A stretch of 64,000 nt of DNA from Octopus bimaculoides. Lineage: Eukaryota. Under the pieces are notes generated by a model. That model saw nothing but the letters and a program-made list of their open reading frames with translations, did no database searches and was not told the origin of the DNA. Position numbers and translations under genes: made by a program. The stretch covers positions 40,758,127-40,822,126 of the forward strand of contig NC_068998.1 of assembly GCF_001194135.2 (NCBI RefSeq), given 5' to 3'. This document shows, in pieces, positions 38,975 to 52,430 of the stretch (positions are counted from its first letter, which is position 1; each line of letters starts with the position of its first letter).

Positions 38975-39395
38975 TTGCATCATATTTTGGCACAAGGCCA
39001 GTAATTTTGAGGGAAGGGGGACACATCTATTACACCAACCTCAACACTTGATTGGTAATTATTTTATCGACCCAGCAGGATGAAAGGCAAATCTGACATT
39101 AGCGAAATTTGAACTTGGAATGTAATGAGTCGGAACACATACAGTTAGGCATTTTGTCGGGCGTAATAATGAATCAGCCAGATGGTTGCCTTAATAATGA
39201 TAATTGTTTCAAATTTTGGCACAAGGCCAGCAATTCTTGGGGGGAGAGGCAAGTTGATCAAATCAACCTAAGAATTTGGGGTGGTATTTTATCGACTCTG
39301 AAAGGATGAAAGACAAAGTTGATTTTGGTAGAATTTAATCTCTAAGCATTTTTGTCAGGCACGGTATTGATTCTGTTAGCTCACCACTTTAATAA
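38975..39395 (-). mobile_element. Two tandem copies of SINE family B
   Basis: TTTTGGCACAAGGCCAG...TTTTATCGAC...GGATGAAAG occurs twice. Family head GGCGGCGAGCTGGCAGAATCGTTAG at 649-718. Other copies about 2912-3110, 9585-9930, 15700-15870, 21510-21680, 44236-44425, 54010-54170, 59480-59620. Confidence 0.7.
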
Positions 39396-39680
39396 TGATA
39401 ATAATAATAATAATCTATTTAAAATCATTAACTTAATAATTTTCATTGCATGTTGTCACACTGAAAATTTTTTTCAAAGCCAACTTTTCTTTTTTTCTTC
39501 AAAATAATCTTTAGATAACTAAGTTTTGAAACACAAAGCTCCATTTTATTAAGTCATTACATCTTGTAGCAGATATTAGACATTGCTTTGATTTTAATGC
39601 ACATCAGGAAAGCGATATACATCTCAGTTTATAAATTATTCTTCTAAAATAACAATACACACACACACACACACACTGGG

Positions 39681-39884
39681 GAGGGGGTGCCGAAAAGTTC
39701 CTGGCTTTGAGTAAAAGAAAATACAGGAGGATCAGTTAATTATGATTATATTCAACATATTCCCCTCTCAGATTCACATACTTATTGCAGTGGTCCTTCA
39801 GTTTTTTGAAGCCCTGTAAAAGAACTTAGAAGGTTGAGCCTCCAACCGGGCCTTTTGCGATATCCTTAAAGCCAGGAACTTTTC
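39681..39884. mobile_element. Mariner-type MITE (about 0.2 kb), right end cut by assembly gap
   Basis: GAAAAGTTCCTGGCTTT (39692-39708) is the exact reverse complement of AAAGCCAGGAACTTTTC (39868-39884). The GAGGGG...AAAAGTTC end resembles Hsmar2/MADE2-type TIRs (recalled). Confidence 0.75.
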
Positions 39885-40125
39885 NNNNNNNNNNNNNNNN
39901 NNNNNNNNNNNNNNNNNNNNNNNNNNNNNNNNNNNNNNNNNNNNNNNNNNNNNNNNNNNNNNNNNNNNNNNNNNNNNNNNNNNNNNNNNNNNNNNNNNNN
40001 NNNNNNNNNNNNNNNNNNNNNNNNNNNNNNNNNNNNNNNNNNNNNNNNNNNNNNNNNNNNNNNNNNNNNNNNNNNNNNNNNNNNNNNNNNNNNNNNNNNN
40101 NNNNNNNNNNNNNNNNNNNNNNNNN
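39885..40125. other. Assembly gap (241 N)
   Basis: Run of N. Confidence 1.
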
Positions 40126-41049
40126 ATATTCTAAAACCAATAAAATAAAAGGAGATATATTGATGTAATTGATCTAAGCTTATTACATAATATATTAACT
40201 AAATGGTCATAGCCAGAACACCATTGTGTTATTACCTATTATAGCGGGTTATTGAATGTGTTCTTATAGCAGAGTTTATTTGTATGTATAGACAAATTGT
40301 GGTATGTAGCAAACAATATGTATAAAAAAAAAGTACATTTGTCACTTTGCAGTTTCTTTTTTTTTTTACATATCATTTCTAATTTTGATATGTTAGTAAA
40401 ATAGTAAACAACTGTGAGCAGTCCAATCCTATATGTACATTTATGAAATACAATTATCGTTTAAACGATATGGAAAAATGGTAATGCACATCCATGATTT
40501 TTAGGTTTAAAAAAATCTGGAAAGTGTGCATTACACATGAATAATTACATGGGATCTTAAAATCTCAAATTATTATTGCATAAGGTCTTTCATTTTTCAG
40601 TATAGCTGTAAAAGTTGTAAAAGAGAATGATTATATAATATAAGGGTGTGCAGTTAAGTTAAGAAGTTTGTTCCCAAACTACATGGTTTCATGGTGTGGT
40701 ACCTTGAATAAGCATCTTCTACTTAGACATGGGCCAACCAAACCTTGAGTGGATTGGTAGATGGAGACTGAAAGAAGCTTATCTGTGTATACTAACATAC
40801 ATACACATGTGCCTGTGTTTCCTAGTTTCGACATCAAACAATAGTCGTAAACATGTGCCATCATCACTCAAAAGTGTCTTTTGTTTTCAAATTTTTGTGT
40901 AAACACATCTGGCCAAAGACAATCCGCCTTAACAAATTCTGCCTAACTCACGGATAAGTGGATGCTAAACAATGATAAATATGTAAACAGTATTAAAATT
41001 AAAATAAATACTTGGTTACTAATATAATTTTTTGACTGTTGTTTTAGGT

Positions 41050-42089
41050 GTCATTAAAATGAAAACTTGTAACTAGTGTAATGAAAACAGCCGAAATGTT
41101 TGGTGTATCAAGAAGTACTGTCTCGAAAGTAATGACAGCCATTGAGAAAGAGGCAAAAACCTCCTCGTTGAAACAAAACTCCAGAAGAAAACCAAAACTT
41201 TCAGATAGGGACTGTCAGACTCTTACACGAATTGTTAGAAAGGATCACAAAAGTACAGCTCCCAAAATTACTGCGCCTCAAGAACCCAGTTTCCACAAAA
41301 ACTGTTTGCCAGGAGCTGCACAAAGCTGGATTTCATGGGAAGGTTGCAATCAGAAAAACCACTACTTTCAAAAACAAACATTGCAAAGTGTTTAGAGTGG
41401 AGTAAAAACCTACAGAATTGGTTCCTAGAGCAGTGGAAGAATGTTATTTTCTTGGACGAGTAATCCTTTACCACCGGCTGAATATACATGTGGAGACAGC
41501 CAAACAAAGCATTTGACCCAGACTGCCTTCCCCCAACTGTTAAATATGGAGGAGGATCCGTGAAGTTGGGCGGGGGGGAAGGAAAGAGGAGGCTATATCT
41601 TGGAAATTTGTTGGCATAATGGTTTCCTTTCAATGCAGAATAGTCAAGACTATTTAAGCATTTTATCTGATCCAATTCATCCTATGGTTGTGGAACTGTT
41701 TCTGTAGGGAAACGCAATCTTTCAGGATGATAATGCACCAATTCACACGGCTAAAGTTGTTACTGAATGGCACGAGGAACATTCTAGTGAAGTTGAACAT
41801 CTTATCTGGCCACAACAGTCACCAGATCTCAATATTATTGAACATTTATGGTGCATTTTAGAAAAACAAGTAAGGAGTTGATATCTTCCACCATCATCAC
41901 TACAAGAACCGGAGACTGTTTTAGCTGAAGAATGGACAAAAATGGCTCTGGAAACAATTCAAACTTTGTACGAGTCCATACCTCGAAGAATTCAAGCTGT
42001 AATTACTGCCAAAGGCAGTCCTACCCCATTTTAAAAATAAATTTGTTTGAAATTTTAAGGTGTTTCCATTATTTTGTCCAACCCCTCTA
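41050..42089 (+). mobile_element. Decayed Tc1-like DNA transposon (DD36E spacing), 5'-truncated, transposase pseudogenised
   Basis: HTH-like EMFGVSRSTVSK (ORF 41081), VIFLDE*SF, FQDDNAPIHT...WPQQSPDLNIIEHLW, ESIPRRIQAVITAKG ending TAA 42032-42034. Internal stops and frameshifts. Right TIR-like end ...GTTTCCATTATTTTGTCCAACCCCTC followed by TA (42088-42089). No matching left TIR seen. Confidence 0.92.
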
Positions 42090-44191
42090 TTTGACAGAAG
42101 ACCACAAAAGGAAGAGAAGACAAACAGTTCATGAAACAAAAGGGAACCATCAACAGGATTCAAAATTAGCTTGTCAAGTGCTTACTACCATCCTACAGCC
42201 CCACCTCTCTCTCTCTCTGCATGTATGTATATATGTTTTTTTCACCAGGATTCAGTCCTCAACCCTCTTGCTTATTATTGTCCTCTAGGATTGAAGATTT
42301 CTGGATCACTAAGAAGGGTACTAGAAAGAATTGAGATGTCACACTGAAAAGAAGATCATGAAGAATTATAATGACACACTCGCTCTGACACTATGTTGAT
42401 GACCTACTTCTTATAAGAGAATCTGTAGGAGATTCAGATATGGAATCAGAACCTGGAAGTAAAAGCTCTTAAAGTAAATTCAATAAAAACTAAAGTTTGA
42501 ATAAGTAGGACAAGATACAAAACAAAGCTGCCATCAGAGAAATGGCTTGCAATATTCAGAAAAGGAGTTAGACAATGAACATACAGGTAGGCTAACAGAG
42601 AAAACTAGAATTTGTGAGTGGCTTGTGCCCAGAGACAATATGTTCTGAGAACACACGGGAAATAAATCCTCTCAAAATGCCTGGAAGGTCCCCTCAACAA
42701 AGCAATTGACAGTATTTGCAATCTGCATGAGAGCAACTTGTAGTAGGGGTATTCTGAAAGCATAGTAGCCAGAGTAAGAATGAGTTGGAAAAAGTTTAGT
42801 GTTATTATTTCTGCCGGCAATAATGGGCTTCTCTAGCAAAGTGAAGGGCAGATTGTATGATGTGAATTTACAAATAGCAATACTGTATGGATTGGAATGC
42901 AGAAGATTTGTGAAGACATGAAAGAAATGTGAGCATGTTTCACCAGATGTAGTATGTTAAGAGAAGAGACTGTGTTGGATATGTGTAGAGAAAAGCTACT
43001 GTATAAAGAAATGTTGCATGAATGAAAGAGATGAGAAAGGACTATAACAACTGGAGACATACTATGCAGGAGAAAGCAAGACAACCCATACAAGCAGGAT
43101 GAAATGTGCAATACAATTTAGGTAATGACGGAGGCTGGGCTATATTATATCTCTGTCTAGTTTTTGCTAATTTTGTACCTGCTTAATCCCCATCAGCTGT
43201 CTCTCTTGCCTATTTGGTACACTCTTATTTATAGCCCCCTCACCTGGTTGATGCACTATGCCACTTGTACAACGAGAGAATATTTTAGCTCTGGTCACTT
43301 ACAAATCTGCTCCACCCCTTTGTGAGTAACAGTAACCCTTGTTGACATCTCACTATTGGTACACTGACTACCCACCACTTGTGCTCCTCACCACCAGCTA
43401 ATATCATCCTCCATATGTCTTGTAACTTACTCTCCCTCCATTTCCTCAGGCCATTCATTTTTGATTACACCAAACCACAACATTCTATTATTTCTAACCA
43501 TTTACACAACTATTCATCCCCCCACCCTGCTCTTACTGTCTGTCTCTCTCTCCTCCATACAGTTACTCCAATCGCTGGGTACCCCTTTCATGGTCAGCTC
43601 CCTTTCTCTATCTCACCTTAGTTCATCTCCTATTGTCTTCTTTTTCACCCATACTATTGATCACACTATCCAGAAAAACAGTGAGAACCCTTTTGTCTCA
43701 TAGGATACAAGGCTATCTCAGAAGCATTAGTAGAGTGACAAATTTCATTGAAGAAGCTCTGTCAGACACAACAATCTTTCTAATGAGGTGCTATGATAAA
43801 ATGTACCTACTACACTTTGTCGACAGTGTTAAGGACATCTAGCCATAGGATGCCAAAATAGAACATACTCTGACCCAAAACCTCTTCATTCACTCCTCCA
43901 CCAAATCCTGGGACTATATCACTTCTCATTTTGTGAATAATCTATGCAACTTCAGAAGTTATTATCCTCAGTGATTTCAATGTTTATAGTGGTCTGGTGG
44001 GTTCTGCATGGATGTTCCCTAATGATAACCTCTAGATCTCTAAATGCTATAAGTCTATCCTGGAGTTGTAGCTCATTGTGGAAACAGAAAGGAAGTTGAT
44101 CAAACTGGTGACAAAATATGTACCAGTTGAGTAGTGGAGTTGATGTAGCAACTCTCATCTCTTTGCTGGCTTTGTGCCAAAATTAGAAAGA

Positions 44192-44226
<35 letters not shown>

Positions 44227-45120
44227 ACTACTACAGGCAGTGGCCTGGCAAAATCGTTAGCACAGACAGAATGCTTAGAGCCATTTCTTCTGGATTCAAA
44301 TTCCACCAAAGTTGACTTTGGCTTTTATCCATTGAGGGTAGATAAAATGAGTACCAGTTGAGCATTGAGATCGATATAATTGATTAGCCGCCCCCACCAA
44401 TTTCAAGCCTTGTCCCTTTCTTAGAAAGAAATATTATTAATATCATTAGTATTAATAAACAGTAACAATAACCACAACTGAACAACCAGCTGATACGTTA
44501 CTTATCTCAAAAAATCTCCCCTTCTTAGAGGAGGTAAACACTGCAGATGTTTATACTTTACATGTTCTCAGAACATCTGATGTATTGTTTATTTGTAAAC
44601 TTTTCCTTTGCAGTTTTAACTAGACATCTTACTTCACACAGCAAACAGTAGCATTGCTCACAATCACCACAAACCACAGCTTCTTGACATCACCTTTCTT
44701 GAGACACTTTCAAGGCTGAACCAGCTGGCAGTCTCCAAATTTCCATATACGTCACAAAACTTAAATGGACAAAGCCATTTAAAAAAAAATTGCCTCATTT
44801 GTTTTTCTGCTTGCCTCAATGCAGTAAATCAATATCCAGTGCTGTCTGCAGCTGTGAACGCAAAAGGGTTAACCCATTGATTCTATTATTTACATGTCCT
44901 AAGACAAAATGTAGGAGAAAGTAAGTTGCCTTACCATCCAGAACCCAACTAAATCCCACAATTTTATAATCTGACTAACTCCTAAATGTTTTAACAAAAA
45001 AATTGGTGTCATAAAAAAAAAAAAAAAAAAAAAAAAAAAGAGATAAACATTAAGGCTATACATTTGAGTAGTAAAATAAGGACTAGTTGTTTCACTTTAT
45101 ACAATGCTATTGAAATTTAC

Positions 45121-45407
45121 TTAACCCATTACCTATCAGTGATCTCATATGAGATCACTTAAAAATTACAAATTTTGTAATTATCTGTCAATATTTACAC
45201 ATATATCTAACCTTTTTGTTATATCTACTAGGTATATTTCTCTGATATTCAAATGAGGTTTGCTAATTTTTCACCCAATATCTCGCTTATTTCTATTTAA
45301 AATGTTATTTTGATCATTCCAGCGTGTTTCTAAGGCAGTTTTATGCTAGAAATCAAAGTTTCATAAAAAAATTCAAGTTAATAGAATTATGGGAGGTAAT
45401 GGGTTAA
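45121..45407. mobile_element. piggyBac-like MITE, 279 bp between TTAA target-site duplications
   Basis: TTAA|CCCATTACCT (45121-45134) ... AGGTAATGGG|TTAA (45394-45407); perfect 10-bp TIR with CCC/GGG ends. Confidence 0.8.
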
Positions 45408-48400
45408 CATAAACAAACTCTGCCTGTCAACTCAAATTGCTAAACCAGACAGCTAAGCCAAGTCAGCAAGGGAACCACTATACAATCTGATAGAAATAGC
45501 CTCAAATCTCCCTCAAATGAAATACTACAGTCTTAACCCTTTCGTTATCATATTTCTGTTGGAATAAACTTTGTTTCAATTAATTTATTTTTAATTAATG
45601 AAGAATTTAGAAAAATAGCTTTTGTCATTACCAAGCTGGTGTTTGGAACACAAATGCAACACGAAATTTTGATGGAAAATTTTAATTACTTTGAAATAGG
45701 AAGTTTGTATCACAGAAGTAACAGCAGCATCTAATGGGTTGGTATAAAAAGGCAAGTGAGGCTCCTGATATACAGAAGATAAGATTGTCAGATTGAATAT
45801 GTTAGATCATATGTCTATTTAAGGAAGACTGACTTGAAGCTAAACAACAACTAAAAACCTGGTTTCATAAAAGACTTGTATCTTTGTATTTCCTATCAAT
45901 AAAAACTAATTAACATTTATCATTTATCACTTGACACCACATGATAATTACAGCTACTAAATAAAACAACCTTCTCTACACATGCTACCTCCCCTTTGCT
46001 TTTTGTAGTTACTTCAGAGATCTTTGCTGGCCTTATGCCACTTCCAGTCTGCAACCCACCCACTAAATACTCTGCCTAATTCTCTCTCCTCAGAAATGTT
46101 GGCCCTTTGGAGTTGCCTTTCTGGACATGTTTTGCCTACAGCTGTCAACTTACATCACAGCTCAAAATGAATGTTAATAGTGTCAATCTCATTGGTCTCA
46201 GAAGGCCTACAAATGTCATGGATATACAGAGCCCCTTCTTTCAGAAACATAAGCAAACATTCAACATATGTTACAGATAGTCTTCCACTATTACAACAAT
46301 GAAACAAAGTTCCCTGGTTAGATCCTTCTCACTAATTCTCTGACCTTCTTTAATCAAACTAATTAATCTGAAATATTTAACTGAGTATACTGTCCTTAAA
46401 AATGTTAACCTCTCAAAATCATATCTAATATGGCTAATCAATGAAAACAACACCCTAATACCCAAATGTGACCCCTTCACTTCTCAGCTTCCATGATGTC
46501 TGATGCACAAATCAGGCTTCAACTCTTCCATGCTACACACCACAAACATGTTGACAAAAGCAAAGATGTTGGCTCTGACATGTGGATCATCTAGGATCCA
46601 TCCAACACTAACTACCTACATCAGAAACATTCTGACATTAATGACTAACACATTGTCACCTCTAACTACTTAGTATTTGCACCAAGTTCAAATACTATGG
46701 TTTTCTCTTAATCATTCTAGTGCTTAAAAAAAAATTGAAGGACACACAGGATAAGTTCTAGGATACAGCATGTCTGAAAAAAAAATCCCGCAAAAACAAA
46801 AACAAACACCTTTTACCATAAGTTTACCCAGCCAGGGCTGATCTGGGCCTAAGTCACAACAATAACCACATAGTATACATTTGTTATCAATATGCACATT
46901 GCACTATTGTTCTTAAACATAATATAAACACCCACGTGTCAGGATTACATACAATCTTTAATCCTTTTGATATCACACTTGGTTCTACAACATAAACTCT
47001 CTGTCTAAAAATGATCACAATTCAAACTTTCCATCAAAATTCGATGGTAATTCATGTTCCAGTCACCAACTTAATAATGACAAAGTTATTACAATAAATT
47101 CTTTTATTATTTTCCAAATTAATTAATTGGAACAAAGACCGTGTATTTCATAAAAAATATGGTAACATGGGTTAAACAAATGTTTTGAAATGCTCTGTAT
47201 CAATATCATTATATGCTTCCTTTTGCATCCTGATATGGTGTGGATGTGGATGAAATAATAGTGTTGGGAAAAAATGTCCAGCAGTATTGGTTTACATTCT
47301 AAATTTAAATACTGACCCAGTTGACTTTTGTTTTTTTTTATCTATCTGGGGTCAATACAGTAAGTAGTCAACACAAAGTGTGAGTTTAAGCCACTTTACT
47401 CCTACTCGTGATCAGGTGAAACTATAACCATAACCATTTTAAGACTAATCTGTACAATAGAGATAACTGCCTTAGTGTGCGAGATTTGGTGTTCCTTGCA
47501 TTCTAATAGAAACAAACAGTTCTTACTTTTAAGAACAGAGGCAGTTGTATAAAGGCATATTAGACAGAAAGTAGCTTAGAATGAAGGTGCTGGGAATATG
47601 GGGGAATCAGAGCACAAGGAAAAGTGGCTGATAGCTAATATGAAGAAATTATCATTACCATAACATGATATGGGGTTGAACAGATCTGCAACATGGTATA
47701 ATATTAGCATTTCTAACTCAATGTTATTGCATCTGCCAAACACTGGCTCTATTAGAAATTACCTCAGAACCATACCTGGGTCTTCCTCTGCCACAGGTTA
47801 GGAAGGTTCAGTGAGAGGTTAATCACAAAATCTCTAATGTAAACACACACAGTGGCCTGCCTGCTTCAAAAAACAACAACAGCAGTAGCTGCTGTAACCA
47901 CCACCACAACAACAAAGGTGCCTATTCAAAATATATTCCACCTTAAACCTACTCAATACATGTACATTCTGTTATATCTAATCTAGTAATACTAAACACA
48001 TTGCACAATTCTTATCCATTCTTTAATAACTGTACTTTGAAAAACCCCCTGTTATTCCAATTTTGCCCCAAATCACTGGCTTGCAATAAACAGTTGAAAC
48101 CAAGTACCAAACATATTTTAACCTCATGCAATTATTTTAGATTCTTAATTAAGAACTGAAAAGCTAGGACCACTGCCTCTCTTCATTAGAATTACAAAGA
48201 AGGGAAATAACTTTGGAGACAAAACCCATTGAATGTTTTACACTGAAAACAACCATTTTCGCAAGATATCAAAAGAACCAGTTTCTCCAAAAAATACATA
48301 TGAATCCGATCACACACAGAAATGCTTATATATACTTAACCCATTGTCATTATATTTCTGACAACGAGGTTGTTTGTGTGTTTCAGTTCATTTCCAGTAT

Positions 48401-48971
48401 GATAAAGATTTGGGAAAAGTTTAGTGAAAAATATCTGTAACTTTACATACTACGAGTATATATTGCGCTAGTGTTGAGCAACCAAAATCTCATGTTTTTC
48501 ATTCAGGTGGTGATTGGTTTTAAGTATAAACATTTTAATATGTCATTTTAATTTTCTTGCAAAATGTGTAACCACCAAAATACTATAATCCATATGAAGT
48601 TGTTAATACAGAAAATACATATTTGTACCAGTTTTAAGTTTGAATTGCAAAAGTGCAAATACCACAGTCTATTCAGCTGTAAATGAGGACCAACCAGATA
48701 CCGATGCAGCTCTCTCTTTCCCCCATGCTGACATATCCTCAATGTTCTGCTAGGTCAAGAACGAGTGCCATGACTGTGTCTGTATTACTTTGCAACTACA
48801 TAGGTACGTAAACAATTAGCAAAAGAGCTGCACAAATTATCAGGTCACACTCACTTGTGAGTGACAGCTAAGCTTCCCACCACCTTCACTTAGTTGCCTG
48901 ATGGCCTTCAAAAAAAATTACATGAACATCACACACACATAGACACATGATTGCAGCAATGATTTATTTAC

Positions 48972-49068
48972 CTGTTGTTGGCTCGGGGGTACACTGGCTG
49001 AGAGATGTCCCGTCTGTTGTACTCCATGGTGACTATGATGTGGTGTGTGATGGTTACTCGGGTTCACC
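48972..49068 (-). CDS. SIN3A: SIN3 exon, His/Gln-rich (VNPSNHHTPHHSHHGVQQ...SQQQ), 97 nt
   Basis: CAG acceptor, CAG|GTAAAT donor; phase-compatible on both sides; His-rich like the human N-terminus. Confidence 0.82.
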
Positions 49069-49883
49069 CTGTGTACAAACAAAAGAGAATGTATTAAGTC
49101 TGGAATCTCATTAAAATTTCAGAAAAGAGCAGGAAAGTTTTTAAACTTAGTTTTAACAAGTTTTATATGAGATCCTTTCAGGAGGTTGATAAATAAAGTA
49201 CCAGCCAAGAGTGGTGGATGGGCAGAATAGTAAGAACATCATATCTACATTTATCTGTTTGGTTATTCACATTAGGATGGCAATACTTGCAATGACACCG
49301 ACACCAAGCAGTATAGATCCTTGCCTTTTCCCCACAGCAAACGACATTGGTGATGTGGACAAGGTATGTGTGGGTAAGCTGCTGGAAAAAAAATTGCACC
49401 TTCAACAGGAACTTTCCAGGGGAAGATCCAAAGACTCATATAACATACAGAGTCCTCGATCTATAACATAAAGTAATGGTAAATTTATATAGACCAGAGA
49501 ACTAATGAATAGATTGGTCTATTACCAATACCATATTGTCCACCCCCAACTAGATACGTTGTCGTTCAGTGCCGAATTCACCACCTCATCTCCCATCAGA
49601 AAAAAATTATAAGTGTAACAGCCAACTGAATTATTACAAGTTAGGGAGTATATTTTATCTGCCTGGCCCCAGCTTTACTCTATGAGTCTTTAGAAATAGA
49701 TTAGCTTTATAATACAGCATCAAACAAACATAAATGATATATGGATTAAGGGCCAAGATCTTAATGTAAAGGGATGTTAGACAAATACAATCTGATAGAA
49801 AAAAAGGACAGATGAAGCTCTCAGAATAGGTGTTAAGTAATTCAAGTAAAGGTTTTTTTATCTGGTTAAAACTGTATACTTAC

Positions 49884-50002
49884 GGGTAATTTTGCACAGA
49901 GTACTGTAACCCAGAGGGCATGTTATTGACAGGTTCAAATCTTTGACTGGTTTGAACCAAACCAGAATACGATTCACTTGGATTAGGAGGCCTTTGTTGC
50001 TG
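49884..50002 (-). CDS. SIN3A: SIN3 exon, most 5' found (QQQRPPNPSES...NNMPSGLQYSVQNYP), 119 nt
   Basis: Polypyrimidine tract + TAG acceptor, GTAAGT donor. Open frame; MPSGLQYSV resembles human MQSATGIQYSV. End phase 2 joins the next exon. First in-frame ATG at 49921. Confidence 0.8.
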
Positions 50003-52257
50003 CTAAAAACAAGAGAAAGAAACAGAAAATTAAATTAATGTAAACAATAGCAATATATACATAGATAACATCTACATAATTTGGGTGTTTTTTTTTTTAT
50101 TTTTGTTTATTTTGATTAGAATTGATAATTATTGCAATTATTTACACATTATATTGTACTCTCTATGTTCTTATTTAACTTGTAAATTGTAACAGGACCA
50201 GATCAGAACTAGGGTTATATAACAACATAAGGAACTAAGTGAAAGTTCAGAGACCCCCAAAAAGATTTTGTATACTTGATTTCTGTTGTATAATAAACCT
50301 GTCCCATTTATGACAACATAGAAACAATATGTTTTACAATATCATTTAATTTTATTTCTAAATACATCAAATCTAAAATGTGCAGCTAGCATTAGTTAAT
50401 CGAGGAGTTTCTCTGCTTTCACTGACTACAGAAATCTTCCATAATGAGTTCCAGGAGTTTGTTAGATAATATGAGATTCCAAGCTATCATTCAAGGACAT
50501 ATTGAAAATAAATGAAATGGAGTACTAGCCCCAGAAAGTGAAACTCATTAAAAGTACTTCCTTTTAATATTCATTAACTGCTAGAGATTCCAGTAAAACA
50601 CCCCTAAAATCATACTGTATCGATTTAGAAAAAGAAGGGCACATTAGATCAGGTAGCCTTTGATATATCTAAAACACTGGAACATCTTTGATCATGATCA
50701 CAGGTGTACTCAATCAGAGCTGAACAGCAATTGTGCAAGAATCATGTGATTACATAAGGAATCACCTATTGAAACACCAAACTCAGGTGATTCCACAACA
50801 AATCATTTCACTAACTGAACCATTACTTAAAAATTACTCAACCCAAATGAATAAATACCCGGGTCCCTAAGCTTTAAACATTTCATCTGCAATAGTTTAT
50901 ATGACATTATATAGCTGGTTGACCCTTTTGTCACCATATCTACGCTGAAATACAGAGCCTTTGTTTCAAATAATTTGGAAAATAATGAAGAATTTATTCA
51001 AATAACATTGTCGTCATTATTTGGTTTGGAATATAAGTTAACATGAAATTTTGATGGAAGGTTTTAAATTAGATAACTTTAAAATAAGGAATTCATATCA
51101 AAGAAATGAGGGTGGTTTCATTTTAAAGACTCAAATATAGGTAAACTTTCAGTGACCAATGACACAACAGTCAAATTGATTGAAGGAAGCGACAATCAAG
51201 AAACGCATATTGTCATTTAGCCCCAGATCAAACAGAGGTATGTCATTCTGGCCGTGACCACTCAGTCTTTGCTTTCGGATACAATGTATTTAAGACTACA
51301 TTATATAATGTGTCCTTCCTTTTCATTTTCTTAAAGGTAGAAAGAATGATGTAATTTGAAGGAGAATTGACTGCTGTTTCCGGTAGGGCAAAAAGCATGG
51401 TTGTCTTGTAATGAAATATATATATATATTTCTGCTATAGATGCAACACAGGATTTTAACCTATGGTCTTGCGTTGCTGTGCATCCACTATAAGTTATGA
51501 AGAAATAGGTGACATACAGTGATGATTCTTGATACGACTAGGACAATGTTTCAGCCACTACTTCGAAGGATTATAATTATATAACAGATACAATTTGCTC
51601 TGCTGGGGTAAATAATAACTGTCTATTACTCCCGTGGGTGAGGTGAGGTCAACAGAATATACAAATGATTGATTCACTCCGTTATATACTCCCACAAGAA
51701 ACATAAGCAATAAATAATGATTATAGTTAGTTTAGCAACCCAATAAGTCTCAGCCACCACAGCATGACACCAAGGTGAGTTAATGGGGCAATATATCATA
51801 AAAGATGTCAACCAGCTACCTGGGGCCATCTCTAAGACTTCTAAGTAAACAATAATGATTTTTGTCACATTTGAACAAGACTTCAAATTGTGGTAAAGTG
51901 TGTGGCGGATATTATTCTATCAACCCCATGGGCATAAAATAAATAATAAACTCCAGCGAGGTCTGAATTCACAGATGGGGAAAAACTAAATACTGTGAAA
52001 CAATAAATCTGTTATTTCACTTCTCTCTCACCCCACCCCCGACTCACATGGACTCGTGTGAGATTTCAACATATGAGCATCTAGTTTTCAATCAACTGAA
52101 CAATCTACTGAGTTAGCAAGCAAAGTGGCTGAGTATTCCACAGGCACGTCTACTCTACAAATAACTCTCAAAGAGAATCAGTGTGATACTGTGTGACAAG
52201 GGTGGGCTTTTGAATCACAAGTACAGTCTATCCTGACAAGCTGTCCCATTCATCCAG

Positions 52258-52386
52258 TTTTGTGTCCATGACTTTCCCAACCATTTGGTTTCAGGTTCAA
52301 TCCCACTGTGCAGCACCTTGGGCAAAGTGTCTTTTACTATAGTTCTGGACCTTGTGAGTGGATTTAGTAGAAACTGAAAGACACCC

Positions 52387-52430
<44 letters not shown>

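Larger units (their letters stand above)
3785..50002 (-). other. SIN3A: SIN3-family (SIN3A-like) paired amphipathic helix co-repressor gene; span of recognised coding exons
   Basis: 23 exons with canonical AG/GT ends. Translation contains hallmark SIN3 motifs: [17 protein letters not shown] and [36 protein letters not shown] (PAH1), VEFNHAINYVNKIKNRF (PAH2), [15 protein letters not shown] (PAH3), [17 protein letters not shown] (HID), [29 protein letters not shown] (Sin3a_C). Recognised from memory of human SIN3A. Confidence 0.97.

Noticed and set aside
43955-43984. VIILSDFNV resembling the LINE endonuclease GDFN motif
   Set aside because: Single degenerate motif in a stop-riddled region; probably an old LINE relic but too weak to annotate.
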